In this document: piece after piece, positions 26,501 through 35,530 of the stretch
Position numbering within the stretch: the first letter of the stretch is position 1
How the letters are laid out: each line of letters begins with the position of its first letter
From: Macrostomum lignano
Taxonomy: Eukaryota
NCBI GenBank assembly: GCA_002269645.1
Contig: NIVC01000001.1
Coordinates: forward strand, 682,001-746,000
Direction of reading: 5' to 3'
Length of the DNA: 64,000 nt
Made by a program: the position numbers and the translations under genes
The notes under the pieces: generated by a model
Seen by the model: the letters and a program-made list of their open reading frames with translations, nothing else
What the model was told of the DNA's origin: nothing
The model's database searches: none

Positions 26501-28473
26501 TGCAAGATCTATGTAAACAGGCAGTCAGCAGCATCCCAAAGTCAGTTTCGGTGGGGACAAACACGCGGCTGCCACCTGCCCTCTCCAGGAGCTCCCGCTC
26601 CTTGCCAAGCCGCTCGCCTGGAGGCGCCCGCCGCGCCACGACAATCACGTCGGCTACTGCGGCAGCCGCCATGGCCGCCGCTGCGACTCTCAGCGGTCGC
26701 GGCTCGCGGGCGGCGTCCACCGGGTCCCGCGGCTCGCACACCCTGCTGCCGCTGCACCCGCTGGAGCCGCCTACGCAGAAGCCGCTGATCTCGCCGCCAA
26801 CCTCGATGCCCCCGATGCCGATCTCCAACGCCGACAAAGCTCGCTTCGCCGCCGACTTCGCGGCCACGATGCCGTCGTTGCAGCAGCGGCGCCAAACCGG
26901 GCCGCCGCCGGTGCCGCCGAAGCCGCAGCAGCAGCAGCAGTCGCTTCTGTCTTCGTCGCCGCCGCTCCCGCCGCCGCCGTTGGACTTTGCCGATGACTTC
27001 ATCGCTGACACCGACGCCGATGTCGAATGGCGACGCTGCAGAACGTCGTCGTTGCGCGCCCGCTCGCTGCCCGATCGTCGCGTCGAATACGGAGACGGAT
27101 TTGACGGCTACGGCGAGGCCGATGGCGACGACGCCGACGGGTTCGGCGACTACGACGGCGAGGGTGCATCGACGCCGCCGCCATTGGAGTCGCTGGAGCG
27201 GCTGGCCAGCACGCAGGCCTACGTCAACAGCTGCTGCTGCCCGCCGCCGCCCGCGGTGCCTTCAGCGGCCGGCTGCCATCGCCTGGACGATCTGGACGAG
27301 CGCGCACACCTGGCCGGCACGATGACATCGGATGAGGATGTCGACGTGGACGCGGACGTTGACAACGACGACTGGTGCGCTGGGATGCGCCGGCCGCGCT
27401 CCGTCAGCCGGCTGGAGAGCGCCCTGGCGACGCCCAAGACGGGCGGCTCGCTGGTCGAGCTGGACGCGATCGAGGACAACTACGGCGACACGGACGCCTG
27501 TCTGAACGGCTTCGAAGATGACAACGGCGAAGCAGGCCGGCAAGATGCTGCCACCGCTGCCACCGCTGTAGTCCAGGAGGATGATCGGATCGAGGCAGCG
27601 GATGCAGCATCTTCCCCGCCTTCGCCGGTTTCACCTCTGTTGCCGGAAGAGCCAGCAGCCCCCGCAGCCCCAGCCCCGAACTTCGCCTCGCCGGCTGTGG
27701 CGTGCAGCGTCTCCAGCCTGGCAGCCAGCGGCGCCGCGCTAAGCACCGTCAGCGAAGAGTCCGGCGCCTCCTCGACTACGTCGGCAACTACATCGTCGGC
27801 GTCAACAACTGCGGGCGCCAATGTACATGCAGCTGCTACAGCCGCGACGGAAGCTTCAAATGCTGCGCCGGCTGCTGACACCGCCGACGACGCGGCGAGA
27901 TCCGACAGCGAATCCTCGGCCGCCGCCGGATCCAATAGCGACAGCGGCAGCGACAGCAGCCGGGAGCCGTCGGTGTCCAGCCAGCTGGAGCTGCGCCTGT
28001 GCCATAACACCACCGTCGGGGAGGTTATCGACGAAGGCGACGATGCTGAAGTCGGCGAAGGCGATGACATCGACGACGACGACTGCGAAGATGACGCCGA
28101 GGATGACGAGGAGGCATCGAACTACTACGAGGCCGAGTTCCTGTCGCGCGCGGAAGGCCGCCGACGGCAGCGGCAGCAGCGGCGCCAGCAGAGAATCCAG
28201 GCGGTGCAGCAGCGGGCCGGGCCGCCGATCCCACCGAGGTCCAGCAGCATGATCGCCAGTGGCGGCGCCATCGTCGCTGACGCGTCGTCGCTGCTGCCGC
28301 CGCCGCCACCGGAGCTACTGGAGACGACTCAGCAGCTGGAGCAACTTGAGCAGCCAGAGCAACCGCCGCTGCCTCCGCCTGGCGCGGCTGCTGCCGCCTC
28401 GGCCACCGCCACCGACGCCGCCGCCTGCTTCGCCAACCCGTGGGCCCGGCTGGACGTTGGCAGCGAAGTGTGA
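1929..28473 (+). CDS. FERM + FERM-adjacent (FA) domain protein, FARP1/FARP2/FRMD7-like, with long low-complexity C-terminus (joined 10-exon model, ~1007 aa)
   Basis: Exons 1929-2072, 9836-9940, 10238-10359, 12028-12125, 16608-16734, 16853-16940, 17036-17191, 21243-21403, 25946-26023, 26529-28473. All introns are GT-AG, phases are compatible, and the total is 3024 nt. FERM motifs: [95 protein letters not shown] motif: [15 protein letters not shown]. Confidence 0.9.
2608..4817. repeat. Minisatellite, ~16-bp unit AGACAGACAGACACTA with variant units (FERM intron 1)
   Basis: Direct tandem periodicity; recurrent AGACAGACACCACTTAA variant gives higher-order structure. Confidence 0.95.
5667..7385. 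repeat. Minisatellite, ~23-bp unit GATCTCATAGATCTCAGACAGTT (FERM intron 1)
   Basis: Tandem periodicity, AGATCT-rich. Confidence 0.95.
8176..8935 (+). repeat. 39-bp minisatellite GATGCAGGAATAGAATGGATTGCTAATCTAGCCCACAAG, ~19 units (FERM intron 1)
   Basis: Tandem 39-mer; source of the [13 protein letters not shown] ORFs. Confidence 0.97.
9836..9940 (+). CDS. FERM gene exon 2 ([35 protein letters not shown])
   Basis: ccacag| acceptor, CAG|gtgaga donor, FERM-N motif; not present in the ORF track. Confidence 0.9.
10238..10359 (+). CDS. FERM gene exon 3 ([12 protein letters not shown]...[17 protein letters not shown])
   Basis: cccgcag| acceptor, AG|gtgaga donor, phase 2 end. Confidence 0.9.
11466..11506. 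repeat. (CT)n microsatellite
   Basis: About 20 CT units. Confidence 0.9.
12028..12125 (+). CDS. FERM gene exon 4 ([32 protein letters not shown])
   Basis: tttgcag| acceptor, G|gtgaga donor, FERM central-lobe motif. Confidence 0.9.
12194..12450 (+). repeat. G-rich 30-bp minisatellite with core GGCGTGAGGTGGGTGTC (5' end of FERM intron 4)
   Basis: Alternating 30-mer variants. Confidence 0.93.
13060..13920. repeat. 34-bp minisatellite GAAGGATCGGGAAGTTGCAGTCACAGCAGTGCCT, ~25 units
   Basis: Tandem periodicity. Confidence 0.96.
14367..15081. repeat. ~33-37-bp minisatellite GAAGGACACGAGAGAGAAGGGTAGTGGAC(C)nT with variable C-tract
   Basis: Tandem periodicity. Confidence 0.95.
16160..16561 (-). repeat. 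C-rich ~34-bp minisatellite with core GACACCCACCTCACGCC (3' end of FERM intron 4)
   Basis: Tandem periodicity; core is the reverse complement of the 12194-12450 core. Confidence 0.93.
16608..16734 (+). CDS. FERM gene exon 5 ([11 protein letters not shown]...VMEYHKAHV)
   Basis: tttaaag| acceptor, GT|gtaagc donor. Confidence 0.9.
16853..16940 (+). CDS. FERM gene exon 6 ([29 protein letters not shown])
   Basis: ttgccag| acceptor, CGG|gtaaga donor. Confidence 0.9.
17036..17191 (+). CDS. FERM gene exon 7 ([21 protein letters not shown]...KLHPETN)
   Basis: ctacag| acceptor, AAT|gtaaga donor, FERM-C motif. Confidence 0.92.
17264..18037. repeat. 47-bp minisatellite GGGTAGGAAAGTGAAGACGTACATCTGCAATGTACATTAGATAAAGA, ~16 units
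   Basis: Tandem periodicity; internal GTACAT/ATGTAC inverted repeat. Confidence 0.96.
18503..18870. repeat. 16-bp minisatellite TAGATCTTGTGAATTG, ~23 units
   Basis: Near-perfect tandem. Confidence 0.96.
19593..20930 (+). repeat. G-rich ~23-bp minisatellite GGGGTGGCTGAGGAAATGGGGAT (FERM intron 7)
   Basis: Tandem periodicity with GGGG runs. Confidence 0.93.
21243..21403 (+). CDS. FERM gene exon 8 ([11 protein letters not shown]...[10 protein letters not shown]...KGSSFR)
   Basis: acccag| acceptor, AG|gtgtgt donor, end of FERM-C and start of FA. Confidence 0.9.
21447..25672. repeat. 22-bp minisatellite GATTGATCTATCGAATCTATAG, ~4.2 kb (FERM intron 8)
   Basis: Tandem periodicity, ~190 variant units. 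Confidence 0.97.
25946..26023 (+). CDS. FERM gene exon 9 ([25 protein letters not shown])
   Basis: ctcgcag| acceptor, TG|gtgagg donor, FA motif. Confidence 0.9.
26529..28473 (+). CDS. FERM gene terminal exon: ~648 aa Ala/Pro/Gln/Asp-rich disordered tail
   Basis: Long GC-rich open frame (ORF 26500-28473). Phase-compatible acceptors at gtcag|26529 or cagcag|26532. Stop TGA at 28471-28473. Confidence 0.8.
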
Positions 28474-28908
28474 AGAAAACACAGAAGCTGATAGCAAGGC
28501 AAATTCTATTTGCAAAATGTTGTGTACTTTGCCTACAGTAGCATTGTTAGCCTTTTGTTATATCTTTTGGTATTCGATGGGTTGTCCATTGCTTTAGACG
28601 AATTGTACTTTGCTTTTGAATTGAAAAATTTCTTTTTAACTATCAGATTTCACATCCCAAGCATTGTTGTTCTCCTGACGCCTAAACTGGGATTCAGTTT
28701 AGTTAGCATTAGTTAAGCAGTATTGCGAATCGGCTCGGGATGCTGGATGCAGCATGCGTTGTATAGTCGGATATGAAGCTTGCGTGAGCCCTTCGCTTGT
28801 TCATTGTTTAGACAACTCCGAGTATTCAGCCTAAACATGCCTGTTCTGTAACGGACTTTAACGACTAAATGCAAGTATGCATTGCTGTTAGATAAACATA
28901 CGGCTCTG

Positions 28909-29462
28909 ACTCTCACACTGAGATAAACATACAACTCCTGAATCTCACAGAGATAGAGCTACAGTCCCTGAATCTGACACTGAGATAAAGATAGTCCCTG
29001 AATCTCACACTGAGATAAAGCTACAGGCCCTAAATCTCACACTGATATGAAGTTACGGGCCCTGAATCTCACACTGAGATAAAGTTACAGTCTTTAAATC
29101 TCACACTGAGATAGAGCTACAGTTCCTGAATCTCACACTGAGATAGAGCTACAGTTCCTGAATCTCACACTGAGATAGAGCTACAGTTCCTGAATCTCAC
29201 ACTGAGATAGAGCTACAGTTCCTGAATCTCACACTGAGATAGAGCTACAGTTCCTGAATCTCACACTGAGATAGAGCTACAGTTCCTGAATCTCACACTG
29301 AGATAGAGCTACAGTTCCTGAATCTCACACTGATATGAAGTTACGGGCCCTAAATCTCACACTGATATAAAGTTATGGGCCCTGAATCTCATACTGAGAT
29401 AAAGCTACAGGCCCTGAATCTCACACTGAGATAGAGGTAGAGTCACTGAATCTCACGCTGAG
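28909..29462. repeat. 32-bp minisatellite TCCTGAATCTCACACTGAGATAGAGCTACAGT
   Basis: Tandem periodicity. Confidence 0.93.
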
Positions 29463-29944
29463 ATTACACTACACCCTAGCAAATTAGCAACGTTAATTTT
29501 ATTAACATAATAAATTGTACAGTATCTACTTGGCATAATATAATTCCTAGATTTACAAGTATCCATATTCCAAGACATTGCACGCCCATCGAAAGCACCG
29601 TTGCCATGGAAATGAACAAACAAATCGAACCCATTGTTGCTTTTCAATTACGTTTCTTTGTTTCGGTAATTTTTATTCAAATAAAAGAACGAGATAAATA
29701 TAAACGAAATGATTCAATTATCTTAGTGCTATAGTGTGTTGAACATTGGTGTACTTTTGTTTATATATAACTGAAATATAAGCAGATTTTGCCTAGCAAA
29801 ATAATAGAGTAGAATTTTATGATCAAGCAGTTTATCTTATAGATTGACTGTGATTGGACAGCGTAATGCCAAAGTCTGGGCTCAGCATAGGCAGCTAAGC
29901 AGAAATGAAACTTAAATATAAATTTCTGTTTCAAGACCCCATAT

Positions 29945-30890
29945 CCACCTGTCTATCTCACACTCGGATCTCATCTCCACCTGTCTATCTCACACTCGGA
30001 TTTCATCTCCACCTGTCTATCTAACACTCGGATCTCATCTCCACCTGTCTATCTCACACTCGGATCTCATCTCCACCTGTCTATCTCACACTGGAATCTC
30101 ATCTCTACCTGTCTATCTCACACTCGGATTTCATCTCCACCTGTCTATCTAACACTCGGATCTCATCTCCACCTGTCTATCTCACACTGGGATCTCATCT
30201 CCACCTGTCTATCTCACACTGGGATCTCATCTCTACCTGTCTATCTCACACTCGGATCTCATCTCTACCTGTCTATCTCACACTCGGATCTCATCTCCAC
30301 CTGTCTATCTCACACTCGGATCTCATCTCCTCCTGTCTATCTCACACTGGGATCTCATCTCCTCCTGTCTATCTCACACTGGGATCTCATCTCCTCCTGT
30401 CTATCTCACACTCGGATCTCATCTCCACCTGTCTATCTCACACTCGGATCTCATCTCTACCTGTCTATCTCACACTCGGATCTCATCTCCACCTGTCTAT
30501 CTCACACTCGGATCTCATCTCCACCTGTCTATCTCACACTCGGATCTCATCTCCTCCTGTCTATCTCACACTCGGATCTCATCTCCACCTGTCTATCTCA
30601 CACTCGGATCTCATCTCCACCTGTCTATCTCACACTCGGATCTCATCTCCACCTGTCTATCTCACACTGGGATCTCATCTCCTCCTGTCTATCTCACACT
30701 CGGATCTCATCTCCACCTGTCTATCTCACACTCGTATCTCATCTCTACCTGTCTATCTCACACTCGGATCTCATCTCTATCTGTATATCTCACACTCGGA
30801 TCTCATCTCTACCTGTCTATCTCACACTCGGATCTCATCTCCACACGTCTATCTCACACTCGGATCTCATCTCTACCTGTCTATCTCACA
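29945..30890. repeat. 32-bp minisatellite CTCACACTCGGATCTCATCTCCACCTGTCTAT, ~29 units
   Basis: Tandem periodicity. Confidence 0.96.
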
Positions 30891-31081
30891 GATCTCTTCT
30901 TGTTCACCCCTAGTCTAGAACAAGAAAACTGACGACATAAATACTCGGATTAAACAGAACAAAAAAAGCCAGCACAGGTTAATTCGAATCTCAATGGACA
31001 CCAAACACACTGGAATAAAATACGTGAGTAAAGCAAGAATAAGCAACACCGGGAAGCGGTGAAAGATCAATCAAGCATTCG

Positions 31082-31463
31082 CTAGTCGCGCCAGACCAGT
31101 GCCAGGCTGCGCTGCATGAAGCAGTACACATCGGCACGCTCCTCGATGGTCTTATTCAGTGGCCGACCGAATCCGTGCCCGTCTTTGGTCTCGATTCTGG
31201 CCAGCAGTGGCCGAGTTTGTCCGGGCCGGCTGCCCAGCCTGTACTGCACTTCGGCCACGAATTTCAAGCTGTGCAGCGCCATCACTCGATCGTCATGGCT
31301 GGCGGTCAGCACCAGCAGGGCCGGGAAATCCGAACCCCAGTCCGAACGGTCCGCCACCCGGGCCACGTTGTGCAGCGGCGAGTAGGCAAAGACGTTGCGG
31401 AACTCCGACTCGCTGCCGTCCGGGGTGCCGTAGTCTGAGACCCAGCCGTGACCGATGGTGAAC
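31082..31463 (-). CDS. PREP: PREP coding exon 5 ([12 protein letters not shown]...HDDRV...GHG...LVWRD*)
   Basis: ctccgccag| acceptor, catalytic Asp and His, TAG stop at 31084-31082. Confidence 0.92.
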
Positions 31464-34400
31464 CTGGCGGAGAGGCGGGTCCGTTCTGTACCTGAGACCA
31501 GCTAGATTAGCAATCCATTCTATTCCTGCATCCTTGTGGGCTAGATTAGCAATCCATTCTATTCCTGCATTCACATGGGCTAGATTAGCAATCCATTCTA
31601 TTCCTGCATCCTTGTGGGCTAGATTAGCAATCCATTCTATTCCTGCATCCTTGTGGGCTAGATTAGCAATCCATTCTATTCCTGCATTCACATGGGCTAG
31701 ATTAGCAATCCATTCTATTCCTGCATCCTTGTGGGCTAGATTAGCAATCCATTCTATTCCTGCATCCTTGTGGGCTAGATTAGCAATCCATTCTATTCCT
31801 GCATTCACATGGGCTAGATTAGCAATCCATTCTATTCCTGCATCCTTGTGGGCTAGATTAGCAATCCATTCTATTCCTGCATCCTTGTGGGCTAGATTAG
31901 CAATCCATTCTATTCCTGCATCCTTGTGGGCTAGATTAGCAATCCACTCTATTCCTGCATCCTTGTGGGCTAGATTAGCAATCCATTCCATTCCTGCATC
32001 CTTGTGGGCTAGATTAGCAACCCATTCTATTCCTGCATCCTTGTGGGCTAGATTAGCAATCCATTCTATTCCTGCATCCTTGTGGGCTAGATTAGCAATC
32101 CATTCTATTCCTGCATCCTTGTGGGCTAGATTAGCAATCCATTCTATTCCTGCATCCTTGTGGGCTAGATTAGCAATCCATTCTATTCCTGCATCCTTGT
32201 GGGCTAGATTAGCAATCCATTCTATTCCTGCATCCTTGTGGGCTAGATTAGCAATCGATTTTATATATTCATCTGTGGACTTTGATTAAAAAATCCTGCG
32301 AAAAGCCAACTACACTACTGGACCAAGCCATCAGTAGGCCAGTGCGCACTTGTGAAATCGCAGCATATCCAGCACGCCCATGCTGCAGACCACGCCGGCG
32401 TACAGATCCGGGCGTTGCAGGGCGCAGGCGGCCACCAGAAGGCCGCCGTTGCTGGCGCCCTCGATGACCAGCTTGTCGGGCAGGGCGACGCCTTCCTTAA
32501 CCAAGTACTCCGCTGCCGCAATGAAATCGTCGAAGCAGTTCTGCTTATTCATGAGGCAGCCGCCGAGGTGCCAGTCTTCGCCAAATTCATCGCCGCCTCG
32601 AATATTGGCTACGGCGAAGGCGCAGCGATAATTGCGCAGCAGAGGCAGCCGGTCGGTGCTGAAGTACGGCATAATGCTGATGTTGAAGCCGCCGTAGCCG
32701 TACAGCAGGCAGGGCGCCGGGCCTTCGAGATCCCGGTGACGGACGATGAACATGGGCACCCTGGTGCCGTCCTTCGATGTGTAGAACACCTGCGGGCGTT
32801 TGCGATTTTTATAGTGGCTACGGAATTTTCTAGGATCTTAAATTGGGATCAATGAACATAGGGATCTAGAATTGGGATCGATGATCATAGATAAAGATCT
32901 GGAATTGGGATCGATGATCATAGGGATTTAAAATTGGGATCGATGATCATAGGGATCTAGAATTGGATCGATGATGATCATAGGGATCTAGAATTGGATC
33001 GATGACCATCTTAAGAACAGCTAAAAGTAAATGCCAGCACACTGACTAGTTAGTCAATTATCAAACCTGTTTCTCCGTGTACTCAGACGCATCGAATCCT
33101 TTCGGCGAAGACTTGCGCACCAGAGTAGTAGTAAAGTCGCCTTCGGGCGAAAACTCAACCCTATACTGATTCGATGGCGTTAAGAAGCTGCTGTAACTGA
33201 AGAACAACTCGTTGTGCCATCGTTCGGTCGTAATGCTGCCCACTGTGCCCAGGCCGAATTCAATCTGCTTCCAAGCCTGCCGGTTCAGCAGATCCGTTAC
33301 TAGCAGCACGTCCTGCACGTTGCGGCGATACGACAGGATTAGGGAGCGGTTGACAACAGCTGCGGTGCTGAGCACGTCAGTCTCGTGCTGCGGCACCAAC
33401 TCGAGCCAGCGCATTGTGTCCAGGCAGAAGGTCACGATTCTGTGCGGAGAATAGAGTTAGGGAATGTGGTAGAATGGGTCATGCGTGCGTGTATGGGTCA
33501 TAGATGCTTTATTGGGTCATGGGTGTCTTATATGGGTCATAAATGCCTAATATGCGTCATGGGCGTCTTGTATGGGTCATAGATGCTTAATATAGGTCAT
33601 GGGTGTTTTATATGGGTCATAGATGCCTTAAATGGGTCATGGGTGTTTTATATGGGTCATAGATGCCTTATATGGGTCATGGGTGTCTTATATGGGTCAT
33701 AGATGCTTTATATGGGTCATGGGTGTCTAATATGGGTCATAGATGCCTTAAATGGGTCATGGGTGTTTTATATGGGTCATAGATGCCTTAAATGGGTCAT
33801 GGGTGTTTTATATGGGTCATAGATGCCTAATCTTGGTCATGTGTGCCTAATTTGGGTCATGTGTGCCTAATATGGGTCATGTGTGCCTAATTTGTGCCTA
33901 AATATGGGTCACAGGTGACTATAGGGGTAATAGGTACTCATAGGTGCCTAATATGGGTTAAGGTCATGGGGCTGTCTAATGCGCATCATCTTAATCTAAG
34001 GCTACCAAGCAATAGCCCGAATGAATAATTAATGAGCTGACCTATTCCTAGGCGCTTCTCCGTTAGTCATGAGATAGAACAGCGGCCCATCATTAGTGAT
34101 GTAATGATAGCTGCAGTCGAACGAGTCGGACACCACAGTGTAGGGCAGGGGGCCGCTGCCGGCGGCCACGCCATTCGGACAGTCCTTGGCCAATTGGCAG
34201 ACGTGCAGCTGATTGGCCGGCTTGCACCCGTCGGTGAGGAAGATCAAAGCGTATTGGCCGCAATCGCTAACGCTGGCCGTGACAAGCCATTTCGGCGCGT
34301 CGGGGAATTCGGCGCACAGCCGGTCCCGAGACTGCGGCTCGCCCAGCTTGTGGTACATCAGCTTGTGATTCAGATCGAGGTCGCCGGTGGCGCCGCCCTC

Positions 34401-35530
34401 CGACATGCGGCCGTGCGGGTAGCAACTGTAGAACACGCCGGCGCCGTCCGCTGTCCAGGCCAGGCCGCTGAACTTTACCTTGTCCAGCTGGTCGGGCAGA
34501 TCAGAACCGTCTGCGACGCGTTTGAATCGAATTGTCTTCCAGTCCAAGCCACAGCTGGATTGGCAGTAGGCCATTAGCGAGCCGTCCCGGGTCATCGACA
34601 GCTGATTGGTTTAGATGAGAGTGACAGTGGAAATACAAGAGTGACACTGGGAGCTAGGAGTGACATTGTGAGCTAGGAGAGTGACATTGTGAGCTAGAAG
34701 AGTGACATTGTGAGCTAGAAGAGTGACATTGTGAGCTAGGAGAGTGACATTGTGAGCTAGGAGAGTGACATTGTGAGCTATGAGTGACATTGTGAGCTAT
34801 GAGTGACATTGTGAGCTAGGAGAGTGACATTGTGAGCTAGGAGAGTGACATTGTGAGCTAGGAGAGTGACATTGTGAGCTAGGAGAGTGACATTGTGAGC
34901 TAGGAGAGTGACATTGTGAGCTAGGAGAGTGACATTGTGAGCTATGAGTGACATTGTGAGCTAGAAGAGTGACATTGTGAGCTAGGAGAGTGACATTGTG
35001 AGCTAGGAGAGTGACATTTTGAGCTAGGATAGTGACATTGTGAGCTAGGAGAGTGACACTGGGAGCTAGGAGAGTGACATTGCGAGCTAGTAGAGTGACA
35101 GAATAGTAGTTTCAATGACATAGAAAACAGCATGCAGCTTTACCTGGCCAATAGACACCGTGCCTTCTTCACTCATGGTGTTGGGATCCAGCAGCGTCCT
35201 CGGCTCGCCATCGTAGGTGTCCCTGACTTTCAGCACCGACTGCGCCTGCAGGCCGGAATTGTACCAATAAAAATAGCGATCACCTTCCCGGAAGTCCACC
35301 GAATACCTGGGATAATCTTTCAGATCGGTGAGGCACTGGCGCAGCTTCTCCCGATCTGGGCAGCTGGCCAAGTACTCAGACGAGATCTTATTCTGAGCTT
35401 CAACAAAGCTTTTAGTGGCCGGACTGTCGCTATCCTCCAGAGCCCGGTAGGGGTCGCTGACTTTCACGCCGAAGAATTCGTCCACAATGGACTCATCTCG
35501 GGGAGCATCGGGGTACTTAGGAAGGTTAGC
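31082..35530 (-). CDS. PREP: Prolyl endopeptidase / prolyl oligopeptidase (peptidase S9A), 5 coding exons, 713 aa plus a missing initiator Met
   Basis: Exons (minus) 35530-35144, 34601-34042, 33439-33067, 32789-32350, 31463-31082. Introns are GT-AG with phases 0,2,0,2. N-terminal KYPDAPRDE...DPYRALED; [10 protein letters not shown]; ANIRGG; [16 protein letters not shown]. Catalytic triad: Ser in GASNGG, Asp in ASHDDRV, His in DGHGFG. Confidence 0.95.
31501..32255 (-). repeat. 39-bp minisatellite, same family as 8176-8935 in reverse orientation, ~19 units (PREP intron 4)
   Basis: Reverse complement of the 8176 unit. Confidence 0.97.
32350..32789 (-). CDS. PREP: PREP coding exon 4 ([16 protein letters not shown]...GASNGG...LDMLRFHK)
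   Basis: ccgcag| acceptor, AA|gtgcgc donor; catalytic Ser motif. Confidence 0.95.
32836..33010. repeat. ~29-bp minisatellite GGGATCGATGATCATAGGGATCTAGAATT, ~6 units (PREP intron 3)
   Basis: Degenerate tandem. Confidence 0.85.
33067..33439 (-). CDS. PREP: PREP coding exon 3 (IVTFCLD...ASEYTEKQ)
   Basis: cgcacag| acceptor, CAG|gtttga donor; motifs [17 protein letters not shown]. Confidence 0.92.
33476..33910. repeat. 20/40-bp minisatellite built on ATGGGTCAT (PREP intron 2)
   Basis: Alternating 20-mers. Confidence 0.9.
34042..34601 (-). CDS. PREP: PREP coding exon 2 (LSMTRDG...[10 protein letters not shown]), beta-propeller
   Basis: aatcag| acceptor, AG|gtcagc donor; motifs [27 protein letters not shown]. 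Confidence 0.92.
34618..35101. repeat. 21-bp minisatellite CTAGGAGAGTGACATTGTGAG (PREP intron 1)
   Basis: Tandem periodicity. Confidence 0.95.
35144..35530 (-). CDS. PREP: PREP coding exon 1 ([13 protein letters not shown]...TVSIGQ)
   Basis: ctccag|GCT acceptor, CAG|gtaaag donor. Confidence 0.9.

Noticed and set aside
26358-28309. Multiple antisense and alternative-frame ORFs over the FERM terminal exon and the PREP exons
   Set aside because: These are expected shadows of GC-rich coding sequence, with no independent motifs.
8176-32255. The two 39-mer arrays as TIRs of a giant transposon
   Set aside because: There is no flanking homology or TSD, and the enclosed exons splice in frame with exons outside the interval.
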